Origin: Chitinophaga pinensis
GTDB lineage: Bacteria; Bacteroidota; Bacteroidia; UKL13-3
Direction: 5' to 3'
Assembly (NCBI GenBank): GCA_945860865.1
Contig: CAMARW010000001.1
Span: forward strand, 136,154 to 200,153
Length of the DNA stretch: 64,000 nucleotides
Positions 34,434 through 42,744 of the stretch are shown here, piece after piece (positions within the stretch are counted from its first letter, which is position 1; each line of letters opens with the position of its first letter). Both the position numbers and the translations under genes were made by a program. The notes beneath the pieces were generated by a model. It saw nothing but the letters and a program-made list of their open reading frames with translations, ran no database searches and was not told the origin of the DNA.

Positions 34434-35783
34434 TTATTGCTTATTTACATTTAGCCATTTCGCAGTAGCAATAGCATCCATGGGTTTTGCTACTATTTTA
34501 TTTTCGGCATCCAATACAAAAATACTTGGGCTTGCAAAAACATAATAATTTTTAACATTGGGACTTCCCCAGCCTTTAAAATCGCAAGTGTTGATAAATG
34601 GCAAATCCTTTATATAGGCATCATACTTTTCTTTATCCGTATCTAGCGAAACAAAAATTATTTCGGCATCGTATATTGTTTTAAATAGTTGTGCATATTC
34701 TTTAAACTGGGGCATTTCCTTGGTGCATGCTTCGCACCAAGTGGCGCCAAACACCACTACTTTGTACTTCCCGGGCACTTCTGATAATTTTTTGTACTTC
34801 AGGCCTGCACTAAATACCATGTCGGCTGCTGTATTGCCAATAGCCATTTTCTTATACTGTTCCAGTAGGGGTAAGGTTTTATCGTTAATGATGCATTTGT
34901 TATCGCCTAATAACGACAAGGCCAAGTGTTCTGCACATCTAATGAGTCCAAATTTTTCGTATTCCTTCATTAGGTATTCGCAATAATGGTTGAGGGCTTT
35001 GGTATTGCCTTGACTACTTTTTTTAAGCACATCCGAAAAGGCATTTAGTTTGGATACAATTAGGGCTTCTTCTTGTAGGGTGAAGGTATGCTTAAGATAG
35101 GCATCAAACAACTCTTTGGCCAAGCCCGAATAGAATAAACTTTCGTCACTAAAATCAACTTTCAAGAGCGTATTTTCTCCATCCCTTGCTTCTATTTCGG
35201 TCTTGTTTACTTTTTGTAGCTTTTGCAAAACAGCCCGATACGTTAGGTACGCTTTGGCATAACTTGTATGGGGTATTTTTTTTAGATATACATCAAACCT
35301 GCTGTTTTCACTCGTAATCTCTTGTTCCAGTTGTGCAGTTAATTCTTTTTTGGTGGGATCCATTTTATAGAAAGGCAACAAGTAGGTAAGTCCTGCTAAT
35401 TTTTTCTGGGCATCCATATTGATTGTGTAGGCATCTTGAAATAATTCGTTTTCTTTAGATTTAGTGAACTGCACACCCGTAAAATCTTTGAAGTCGGCCC
35501 ATGTGATCTCAAAATTTTCATTATTCAACAATACAATCAAGCTGGTCATTTCTTTTACTTGAAGGTTAGCGGCACCTTTGTATCTTTTGGGATAATTTAA
35601 CTGAAAATTGCCCGAAGCATCGGTTTTGGTTTGAGCGAGCAAGGTGTCTTTAGTACCTATAAATCCCATCAGGCGGATTTCTGTTTCTTTAGCGGCACTA
35701 AAACAGCCTTTGAGTACCATACTGTTTTGAGCAGATGCCTGTAAAACAATAAAATAGAGTACAATAAAAATGCTTTTTTTCAT
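34434..35783 (-). CDS. TlpA/AhpC-like thiol-disulfide oxidoreductase with an N-terminal accessory domain
   Basis: 449 aa with a signal peptide. The C-terminal thioredoxin fold carries FGATWCEACTKEMP (a CxxC motif). Confidence 0.75.
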   Translation of the reverse strand: MKKSIFIVLYFIVLQASAQNSMVLKGCFSAAKETEIRLMGFIGTKDTLLAQTKTDASGNFQLNYPKRYKGAANLQVKEMTSLIVLLNNENFEITWADFKDFTGVQFTKSKENELFQDAYTINMDAQKKLAGLTYLLPFYKMDPTKKELTAQLEQEITSENSRFDVYLKKIPHTSYAKAYLTYRAVLQKLQKVNKTEIEARDGENTLLKVDFSDESLFYSGLAKELFDAYLKHTFTLQEEALIVSKLNAFSDVLKKSSQGNTKALNHYCEYLMKEYEKFGLIRCAEHLALSLLGDNKCIINDKTLPLLEQYKKMAIGNTAADMVFSAGLKYKKLSEVPGKYKVVVFGATWCEACTKEMPQFKEYAQLFKTIYDAEIIFVSLDTDKEKYDAYIKDLPFINTCDFKGWGSPNVKNYYVFASPSIFVLDAENKIVAKPMDAIATAKWLNVNKQ

Positions 35784-35845
35784 ACGTTATACTGTGTTTG
35801 CGTTTATGCTCATCGCTTTCTCTTTTGCCTATACAAGAACCCAAT

Positions 35846-37093
35846 TTAGCTTTTGAATGCTCCGCTCATTATTTCTTGCTCAAATTTTGAAATTCCAATT
35901 TCATTAGCTAGAATTTTCCACTGCTTTACAGCTAGTTTTACTTCTTCAATACTATTATTCATGGCGGTATTATTTAATCTAAAATACTCCCCAACACTTT
36001 TAGCAAGTTCTATATCCAAATCATTATTGTCCATGTCTATATTTAAAGATAAACCGTTTTTATCTATAGATGGGTTGATGTCATAAGCAGGAGAAAGCAA
36101 CCATCCTTTATCACTAAGAATAAAACCATGGTTTCTTAAATGGTCATCTGTATTTGAAATTAAAATATTGAATACAATCCGTTTCCATAATTGGGCTAAA
36201 TCTTCTTTAACATTTGCGCCATATTGTTGAATTACTTCTGCTATGTCGAGATAACTTGCTGTTGTATTTCGGAGTATGTCTTCATTATTGCCAGTCATGG
36301 TCATAGCCGAGGCAAAATGAATGCGTTCACTTTTTATCCTGTCAAAGCGTTTGGTGAAAAAAGTATTATACTTCCCGGATACCTTACTTATTTTTGATTC
36401 AGACATGTTAATCCCCGCTTTTAATGCCAATTGATAGCTTACATATTCCCAAGCGGCTTTGTCTATGGTGTCGTTTTTTGAAGGGAATTTGGCAATCCAT
36501 AAGTGTTTATGCTCGTCTAGTATATTGGCTTTAGGCCTGGCGCCGCCTAATGATGAACCCGGTGCAATCAATTGTGCTAACCATTTTTGTACTTCATCAT
36601 TGTCTCGATCGCTTTCTATGCAGTCTACCGCATGTTGGAGCTGCCCCACTGATGACCATGGCGGTGTAGGACTATGTAATGAATTATCTAAAAAATAACC
36701 CTGGGGATCCAATTTAAATCTCAAAGCACCCATTCTACTTTCATCATAAACACCCAACAAAAAATCTATTTCGTATAAATTTGATGGCGATTTTCCTTGC
36801 TTTTTAGCTAGAGAATGTGCTCTTCTTTTTAGTAAAGTTCTCCCCCAAGTATCTGGCATACTATCCAAGAAAATACCGAAATTTTCTTTTGAATCAGGAA
36901 ATTGCGGTCCCGAATAATGTTGAATATCAGGATCTAGTAAAAAAGCTTGATTCGATGTTAACCAGTCTTTTTCATACTCAAAACTAAATGATTTTCTCCC
37001 TTTGCCTTGATGGGCTGATAAAACGCCTATAAGCTTAGCTTCAGTCATTCCTAACCAATGTGCATACACAAATATGTCGGTTTTATTAGCCAT
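35846..37093 (-). CDS. hipA: Type II toxin HipA-family serine/threonine kinase
   Basis: 415 aa with SLGGARPK, the catalytic region NTDDHLRNHGF and PAYDINP. These are the classic HipA N- and C-terminal domain motifs. Confidence 0.85.
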   Translation of the reverse strand: MANKTDIFVYAHWLGMTEAKLIGVLSAHQGKGRKSFSFEYEKDWLTSNQAFLLDPDIQHYSGPQFPDSKENFGIFLDSMPDTWGRTLLKRRAHSLAKKQGKSPSNLYEIDFLLGVYDESRMGALRFKLDPQGYFLDNSLHSPTPPWSSVGQLQHAVDCIESDRDNDEVQKWLAQLIAPGSSLGGARPKANILDEHKHLWIAKFPSKNDTIDKAAWEYVSYQLALKAGINMSESKISKVSGKYNTFFTKRFDRIKSERIHFASAMTMTGNNEDILRNTTASYLDIAEVIQQYGANVKEDLAQLWKRIVFNILISNTDDHLRNHGFILSDKGWLLSPAYDINPSIDKNGLSLNIDMDNNDLDIELAKSVGEYFRLNNTAMNNSIEEVKLAVKQWKILANEIGISKFEQEIMSGAFKS

Positions 37094-37104
37094 TGTTACA
37101 ACGA

Positions 37105-37392
37105 TTAAAGAAGTTTAATGTCTTGTAATTTGCGCCCAAGTTCGTCATCAGAAGCCAGTTTTAAAAAATCATTTTGAAGTCCTAGGGTTTTTAGCACATT
37201 AAAATAGGCTCCCATCGCTACTTTAGGACTTCCCTTTTCTATTTCATATAAGGTTGACCTGGCAATATCTGCTCTTTCCGCCACTTGAATAGTAGTTAAG
37301 TTCCTGCGTTTTCTTGCCAACTTCAGATTCTCGCCTAATGTTTCCAAAATAGAATGGTATTTAGGAGATAATATTTGTTTTTTGCTAGCCAT
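37105..37392 (-). CDS. hipB: XRE-family HTH antitoxin (HipB-like)
   Basis: The ORF runs to 37443, but the ATG at 37392 (MASKKQILS...) is the plausible start. The HTH is LKLARKRRNLTTIQVAERADIARSTLYEIEKG. Its stop lies 11 nt upstream of the hipA start. Confidence 0.75.
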   Translation of the reverse strand: MASKKQILSPKYHSILETLGENLKLARKRRNLTTIQVAERADIARSTLYEIEKGSPKVAMGAYFNVLKTLGLQNDFLKLASDDELGRKLQDIKLL

Positions 37393-37431
37393 TTGTTCGT
37401 TATTTTGTACAAATGTATTAATTCTGATTGT

Positions 37432-37573
37432 ATTAACGAACATTATTTGAATTAACTTTAAAGTATAAGGTGTTTGCTAAATCACTTTCTTTTACTTGTG
37501 TCTTGTTTTCTTTTTGTAAATTTTTCAAAACAGCCCGATACCTATAAAATACTTTGGTGCCATTCGATGAAAG
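37432..37573 (-). pseudogene. Relic of a TlpA-like paralog (internal fragment only)
   Basis: The reverse-strand translation is LSSNGTKVFYRYRAVLKNLQKENKTQVKESDLANTLYFKVNSNN. This parallels residues of the intact gene at 34434-35783 (YAKAYLTYRAVLQKLQKVNKTEIEARDGENTLLKVDFSD). At the DNA level, 37501-37562 aligns with 35201-35262, including the identical 19-mer CAAAACAGCCCGATAC. Confidence 0.55.
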
Positions 37574-38389
37574 TTAGTTTGTGGTCCTACTAAAGCTACA
37601 ATTAGGGCTTGTATTTAAAGTAAATGAATTAGTACCTGCTGCGGTTGGTGTTCCGGTAGCGGTAAGCACAATGTTTTGTGCACCGGTAGCACTAAAAGTG
37701 CCTGAACCATTAAAGGTTACCCCATTAGCTGTGGTAGTAGAAATACTGTACGTTCCCACTGTGGTAACCGTAGCCGTAATGGTTTGGGTTACTCCTGAGA
37801 CGGCAATACCTTTAGTCATAGTACCTGCCGAAGCGGTGGAACAAGTATATGCTGAAACGACTGCGGTACCATTAGAAGAAGTACTAAATATATATCGGAT
37901 GATGACGATGCCGGCACCAGCTGCAGGAGCTGCACTTCCACTTTCATCGCGCATACCGCCCGAACCGCCCTCACGATTGGCTGGTGCGTTTGAAGTGCCC
38001 CCGTCAGACGCGGCAACGCCAGCATTATTGGCAATGCCAGTGCAGCCACCACCTCCACCGGCATATCCAATGGCTGTTCCTGTGATGCTTGAAATAACGC
38101 CGGAACCTCCGGCACCACCAACTAGCCCAACATTACTAGAACCAGCAGAACCGGCACCGCCACCTCCGGCACCTGGCCAATGCTGAGATCCGGTAACGCT
38201 GCCACCGTTGTTGCCTTGCGATGGTGTATTTGCTGGTGTATTACCTGCGCCTCCAGTACCTTGGCTGGTACTTACTAAGTCTAATGCCGTATTTGCATTG
38301 GGCGAGTTTGTACCTATTCCTACTTGCGCATAACTTTTAACAGTAGTTAATAAAAAGGCTAAAATAATTAGGAACAGGTATTTTTTCAT
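37574..38389 (-). CDS. Secreted glycine-rich paralog: shared signal peptide and start of the head module, Gly-rich core, and a shared Ig-like module
   Basis: 271 aa. The N-terminus MKKYLFLIILAFLLTTVKSYAQVGIGTNSPNAN is nearly identical to that of the next gene. The core is GAGGGGAGSAG...GGAGGSG...YAGGGGG...GGSGG...GIVIIRY. The C-terminal SNGTAVVSAYTCSTASAGTMT...LTATGTPTAAGTNSFTLNTSPNCS is shared with the two FISUMP genes. Confidence 0.6.
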   Translation of the reverse strand: MKKYLFLIILAFLLTTVKSYAQVGIGTNSPNANTALDLVSTSQGTGGAGNTPANTPSQGNNGGSVTGSQHWPGAGGGGAGSAGSSNVGLVGGAGGSGVISSITGTAIGYAGGGGGCTGIANNAGVAASDGGTSNAPANREGGSGGMRDESGSAAPAAGAGIVIIRYIFSTSSNGTAVVSAYTCSTASAGTMTKGIAVSGVTQTITATVTTVGTYSISTTTANGVTFNGSGTFSATGAQNIVLTATGTPTAAGTNSFTLNTSPNCSFSRTTN

Positions 38390-38437
38390 AAGCTTTAATC
38401 TATTGTAGGGGATTTGATAAATTTTATTCTTTAGATA

Positions 38438-40189
38438 TTAATCTTTAATGCAACGCACAGACCGCCCGTCTGCTCGGTTAAGGGTGTGCATTTGAACACT
38501 GCCGCTATTAAAGTACAAGTAGCTCGAATATGTGCTATTTGCCACCCCAAACGTACTGGCCCAATAGCCAGCGCCAGAATTAACAGCTGCGAATGAACCT
38601 GGCCCTCCTGAGCGAGCCCCTGGCAATGAGAATTTAAGCGGAGATGCCAAACCTGCTATTGAGGTGAAGCTGCTCCATGAAAGTGCTTGATTATACAGTT
38701 CTGTAATGGTAGGTAGACGATACCCAATTGGGCAAGGGTTGTTAGTTCCGGAAACCCCTTGCCATAAGTTGTCATCTTGTGGAGTGCGCCAGTCGTTAGG
38801 AGCTGTGGAATTTGTGATAAAGTTAGTTGAAGTCCATGGTGTTGCAATAGGGCCAGCTGTGTTTCCGCTAGTTCTAAATTCATGCCCATCAGCCCCTCTA
38901 CCCCATTGGAATAAAGAACCATAAGCGTTCGCATCGGTAGAACCGCTAGCTTGTGCCGCAGGGTTAAAAGCACCGTTGGTGGTATTTGCATAATTAGCCC
39001 CCAAGTTGTTGTTGAGCCATGTTCTGCCATCGGCTCCTAAAACAGGCATATAAAACATCACATGGTTGGCATCCGCAATATTGCGGTCTGGAATAGCTGC
39101 TATGTTTCTAAATTGAAAGTTTGCAGTACCGGTGGTGTTGTTAGTGGCATAAGTAAACTGTGCTAACAAGTAACCTAAATAATCGTTGCCAATACCTGTT
39201 TGTATGTCTAATTTTTTGGCATTCAAGGTGCCACCAACTGCTTGTAAAGTAACCATAATATTTCCACTACTCGCAGCCAACGAAGCTGCACCATAAGAAA
39301 AAGTAACATCTCTTGAAATACCATCCTCTGTAAAGGAAGCAGGTACATTGATGGTTTGGCTAAATGCGGGTAAACTTACCGTGCTAGATGACACTGTGTA
39401 AGGAATTTTTAACATTACTCCGGTAGTGGTTAAACTACCTTGAACATTAAGCGCACTACCTTCGTTTGTACCGTTAGCTGCTTGTGCCGTAGCTAAACTT
39501 GCCGATACCGTAGGAGCAGTATAAGGTAAGTAATCTTGGTCGAACACAGATGCTACAAAAAAAGGACTAATGGCAGATAGCGTTATGTTAGCAGGCAGTG
39601 GTGCTGGGTTCGTTATTCTACTATAGCTGCAATTTGGCGTAGTATTTAAAGTAAAGGAACTACTACCTACTGCAGTAGGCGTTCCGGTAGCGGTAAGTAA
39701 AATATCTTGAGCACCTGTAGCTGCAAAATTGCCTGAACCTGCAAATGTTACCCCATTGGCACTGATAGAAATGCTATAAGTTCCAGCGGTACTTACGGTA
39801 GCAGTAATGGTTTGTGTTACACCTGAAACAACAGAACCTGCAGTCATTGTACCAGCCGATGCGGTGTTACAAGTAAATGCAGAAACAATGGCTGTTCCAT
39901 TAGACGAGGGTGAAAGGCCTAAACATTTCCAATTCACTGTTGTGCTGCTACCTATATTGGTTTGGATGCAATTTAGGGTGGTATTAAAAATGCTTAAGCC
40001 CTTTGCTGGACTGCTTATAGCATCTCGCTGTGCCGTGGTCATGCGCGGCAATAACATTCCTTGGCTGTTGCTTAATACGTCTAGGGACGCATTGGCATTG
40101 GGGCTGTTGGTGCCTATACCTACTTGCGCATTACTCGTAATTGTAGTTAGTAGAAAGGCTAAAATAATTAGGAATAGGCATTTTTTCAT
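38438..40189 (-). CDS. Secreted FISUMP-domain (Fibrobacter succinogenes major paralogous domain) protein with an N-terminal GIGT head module and an Ig-like module
   Basis: 583 aa. The C-terminal domain carries WLNNNLGANY, YGSLFQWGRGADGH, NNPCPIGYRLPT, GYWAST and SVRCIKD. This is the canonical FISUMP pattern (YG.LYQWGR..DGH / CP.G..LP / YWS / VRC). Confidence 0.75.
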   Translation of the reverse strand: MKKCLFLIILAFLLTTITSNAQVGIGTNSPNANASLDVLSNSQGMLLPRMTTAQRDAISSPAKGLSIFNTTLNCIQTNIGSSTTVNWKCLGLSPSSNGTAIVSAFTCNTASAGTMTAGSVVSGVTQTITATVSTAGTYSISISANGVTFAGSGNFAATGAQDILLTATGTPTAVGSSSFTLNTTPNCSYSRITNPAPLPANITLSAISPFFVASVFDQDYLPYTAPTVSASLATAQAANGTNEGSALNVQGSLTTTGVMLKIPYTVSSSTVSLPAFSQTINVPASFTEDGISRDVTFSYGAASLAASSGNIMVTLQAVGGTLNAKKLDIQTGIGNDYLGYLLAQFTYATNNTTGTANFQFRNIAAIPDRNIADANHVMFYMPVLGADGRTWLNNNLGANYANTTNGAFNPAAQASGSTDANAYGSLFQWGRGADGHEFRTSGNTAGPIATPWTSTNFITNSTAPNDWRTPQDDNLWQGVSGTNNPCPIGYRLPTITELYNQALSWSSFTSIAGLASPLKFSLPGARSGGPGSFAAVNSGAGYWASTFGVANSTYSSYLYFNSGSVQMHTLNRADGRSVRCIKD

Positions 40190-40237
40190 AAGCTTTAATC
40201 TATTGTATGTAATTTGATAAATTTTATTTTTTTGAAA

Positions 40238-41974
40238 TCAATCCTTAAGGCAACGTACAGATAATCCGCTACCTCGGTAAAAGTCGCCCACGGAGGCATC
40301 ACTGCTACTTAAGTTCAAGCCGCGCGAAAGGGTACTGCTAATCATATTGCTCCAATAGAAGCCGATGGTACCGATATTGTTAATCGAACCATCTACGCGG
40401 TAACGGCTGCCCGGCAGGGGTAATCTGAGGGGAGAGGCAATTGCACCTGCTGCGGTGTTGGCAGACCATGAAAGTCTTTGATTATTTAATTCTGTTTCGG
40501 TAGGTAAACGATACCCAATAGGGCAAGGATTGTTAGTTCCGGAAACCCCTTGCCACAAATTAACGTCTTGTGGCGTGCGCCAATCATATGGATTTGAGGA
40601 AGTTGTAATAAAATTAGTTGAAATCCATGGTGTTGAAATACGGCCAGCTGTTTCTCCACTGTTTCTAAATTCATGCCCATCAGCCCCTCTACCCCATTGA
40701 AATAAAGAACCATAAGCTTTCGCATCGGTAGAACTACTAGCTTGTGCCGCAGGGTTAAAAGCACCGTTGGTGGTATTAGCATAATTAGCTCCTAAGTTAT
40801 TGTTGAGCCATGTTTTACCGTCAAGTCCTGCAACAGGAACATAAAGCATTCTGTGATTGGCATCCGCTATATTGCGGTCTGGGATAGGTGCTATGTTTCT
40901 AAAGTCAAAGTTTGCAGTACCGCCACTATTGTTGGAAGCATAGGTAAACTGTGCCAACAAGAAACCTAAATTATCGCTACCAATCCCTGTTTGTAGGTCT
41001 AATTTCTTAGCATTTAAGGTGCCACTAATAGCTTTTAAATTAGCGTTAATCGTTCCTTTACCCACAACCAACGTAGCTCCAATGTATGAAAAAGTTACAT
41101 CTCTTGCAATACCATCTTCTGTAAAGGAAGCAGGAATATTTATTGTTTGACTAAATGCTGGTAAACTTACCGAAGCCGTTACCACTGTATAAGGAATTTT
41201 TATTGTTACCCCAGTTGTGGTTAAAATCCCTTGAATATTAAGCGTAAAAGTTTCGTTTGTGCCGTTAGCTGCTTGTGCCGTAGCTAAACTTGCCTCTCCT
41301 GTTGGAGCAGTATAAGGTAAGTAATCTTGGTCGAACACAGATGCTACAAAATAAGGGCTAATGGCTGATAGCGTAATGTTAGCAGGCAGTGGTGCTAAAG
41401 TTGTTCTTAAAAAGCTACAATTAGGCGTAGTATTTAAAGTAAAGGTGTTACTACCCGCAGCAGTTGGGGTTCCGGTAGCGGTTAGTACAATGTTTTGTCC
41501 ACTACCTACAGTTAAAGATCCCGAACCTGAAAAAGTTACCCCGTTGGCCGTAGTAGAAATAATGTACGTTCCTGCAGTAGTTACGTTAGCAGTTATGGTT
41601 TGTGTTACACCTGATACGGCAACTCCAGCAGTCATATTACCTGCCGAAGCGGTAGAACAAGTATATGCTGAAACTATCCCGGTACCATTGGTAGAAGGTT
41701 GGGCTGCAAAACATTTCCAATTGGGTGAACCGGCTGTGCCTAAATTGGTTTGTATACAATTTAGGGTGGTATTAAAAATGCTTAAGCCTTTGGCAGGACT
41801 AGCAATTACATCTCGCTCTGCAGTGGTCATACGAGGAAATAACATACCTTGGCTGTTGCTTACTGCGTCTAGGGCCGCATTGGCATTGGGGCTGTTGGTG
41901 CCTATACCTACTTGCGCCATGCTTGCTAGCGAGCAAAATATTGCTACAAGGGTTAGTGTAAAATTATTAATCAT
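40238..41974 (-). CDS. Secreted FISUMP-domain protein, tandem paralog of 38438-40189
   Basis: The ORF runs to 42016. The ATG at 41974 gives signal peptide MINNFTLTLVAIFCSLASMAQ. The architecture matches its neighbour and long stretches are identical, for example APLPANITLSAISP.FVASVFDQDYLPYTAPT and WLNNNLGANYANTTNGAFNPAAQAS. It ends SVRCLKD. Confidence 0.75.
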   Translation of the reverse strand: MINNFTLTLVAIFCSLASMAQVGIGTNSPNANAALDAVSNSQGMLFPRMTTAERDVIASPAKGLSIFNTTLNCIQTNLGTAGSPNWKCFAAQPSTNGTGIVSAYTCSTASAGNMTAGVAVSGVTQTITANVTTAGTYIISTTANGVTFSGSGSLTVGSGQNIVLTATGTPTAAGSNTFTLNTTPNCSFLRTTLAPLPANITLSAISPYFVASVFDQDYLPYTAPTGEASLATAQAANGTNETFTLNIQGILTTTGVTIKIPYTVVTASVSLPAFSQTINIPASFTEDGIARDVTFSYIGATLVVGKGTINANLKAISGTLNAKKLDLQTGIGSDNLGFLLAQFTYASNNSGGTANFDFRNIAPIPDRNIADANHRMLYVPVAGLDGKTWLNNNLGANYANTTNGAFNPAAQASSSTDAKAYGSLFQWGRGADGHEFRNSGETAGRISTPWISTNFITTSSNPYDWRTPQDVNLWQGVSGTNNPCPIGYRLPTETELNNQRLSWSANTAAGAIASPLRLPLPGSRYRVDGSINNIGTIGFYWSNMISSTLSRGLNLSSSDASVGDFYRGSGLSVRCLKD

Positions 41975-41994
41975 AGTTTCTACTTTAAGCAGAA

Positions 41995-42516
41995 TCAATT
42001 TGTTAACGTAATCCAACTTGTACCATTATATAATTTCACTATATCAGTGGTGGTATTGTAATAGATCATACCTTCAACACCCGTTGGGTCACTGCTTGCC
42101 TGTGGTAACAAAACACCTTTTGTTGTTGAGCTTACATCCAAAACAGCATTGGCATTTGGCGTATTAGTGCCTATGCCTATTTTTCCTGTGGAGCTGGTAG
42201 CACCTGATGCCACAGCAGTGGTAGTTCCATTTACTATGTTTACCCATAAAGAACCACTGATGGCTACTTCTAAAACTTTGGTAGTGCTATTATAAATAAC
42301 TAAACCCGCACTTGGCGATTTAATAGTGGCATCGCGCTCTGCCGTGGTAAGCCTTGGTAACAATAAACCAACGGCTGAGCCGCTAGCTTTAATGTCTAAA
42401 GCTGCCGAAGCATCTGGCGTATTGGTTCCTATGCCTATTTGTGCATTTACATTGCTTAAAAGTAGGGCTATTAATCCTAGGGTTATTATTAAACCTTTAA
42501 CTATTGTGTTTTTCAT
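41995..42516 (-). CDS. Small secreted protein made of two copies of the shared GIGT head module
   Basis: 173 aa with a signal peptide. Copy 1 is AQIGIGTNTPDASAALDI...GLLLPRLTTAERDA...GLVIYNSTT. Copy 2 is KIGIGTNTPNANAVLDV...GVLLPQ...GMIYYNTTT. Confidence 0.6.
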   Translation of the reverse strand: MKNTIVKGLIITLGLIALLLSNVNAQIGIGTNTPDASAALDIKASGSAVGLLLPRLTTAERDATIKSPSAGLVIYNSTTKVLEVAISGSLWVNIVNGTTTAVASGATSSTGKIGIGTNTPNANAVLDVSSTTKGVLLPQASSDPTGVEGMIYYNTTTDIVKLYNGTSWITLTN

Positions 42517-42720
42517 CTATGCTTGTTTTTTTTCTTGGTTAGCCATGTTTTTGCTTTTTTTAATGCCATAAGCTAAGGCCGCACCTGCTAAAATGGAAAC
42601 AAAACCATCAACTGGGGTATCTTGAACATCATCATCAAAACCAGGTTGGGCATTTACTGCAACACTGGTAATTAGAGCAAGGCTAAAAGCTAAAGAAAGT
42701 CTTAAAATATATTTTTTCAT
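42517..42720 (-). CDS. Mini-protein consisting only of a signal peptide plus a C-terminal sorting-signal-like tail (PVDG motif, TM helix, basic cluster)
   Basis: The ORF runs to 42744, but the likely start is 42720 (MKKYILRLSLAFSLALITSVAVNAQ). The mature part is PGFDDDVQDTPVDGFVSILAGAALAYGIKKSKNMANQEKKQA. Its stop abuts the next gene's ATG with no gap. Confidence 0.5.
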   Translation of the reverse strand: MKKYILRLSLAFSLALITSVAVNAQPGFDDDVQDTPVDGFVSILAGAALAYGIKKSKNMANQEKKQA

Positions 42721-42744
42721 TTTTGTGATGATTACTCGTTTCAA

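Larger units (their letters stand above)
37574..42016 (-). repeat. Tandem paralog array with an exact 1800-bp period at the gene junctions
   Basis: 38341-38460 aligns base-for-base with 40141-40260. This segment covers the signal-peptide codons, the 48-bp spacer and the upstream gene's VRC(I/L)KD stop region, at high identity. Ig-like-module DNA recurs at about 37590-37800, 39610-39830 and 41400-41640. Confidence 0.7.

Noticed and set aside
38438-42016. Diversity-generating retroelement (DGR) targeting the variable C-terminal tips of the lectin-like FISUMP domains.
   Set aside because: There is no reverse transcriptase or accessory gene in the window. The two tips differ at all four bases rather than only at adenine-templated positions, so neither can be the template repeat of the other.
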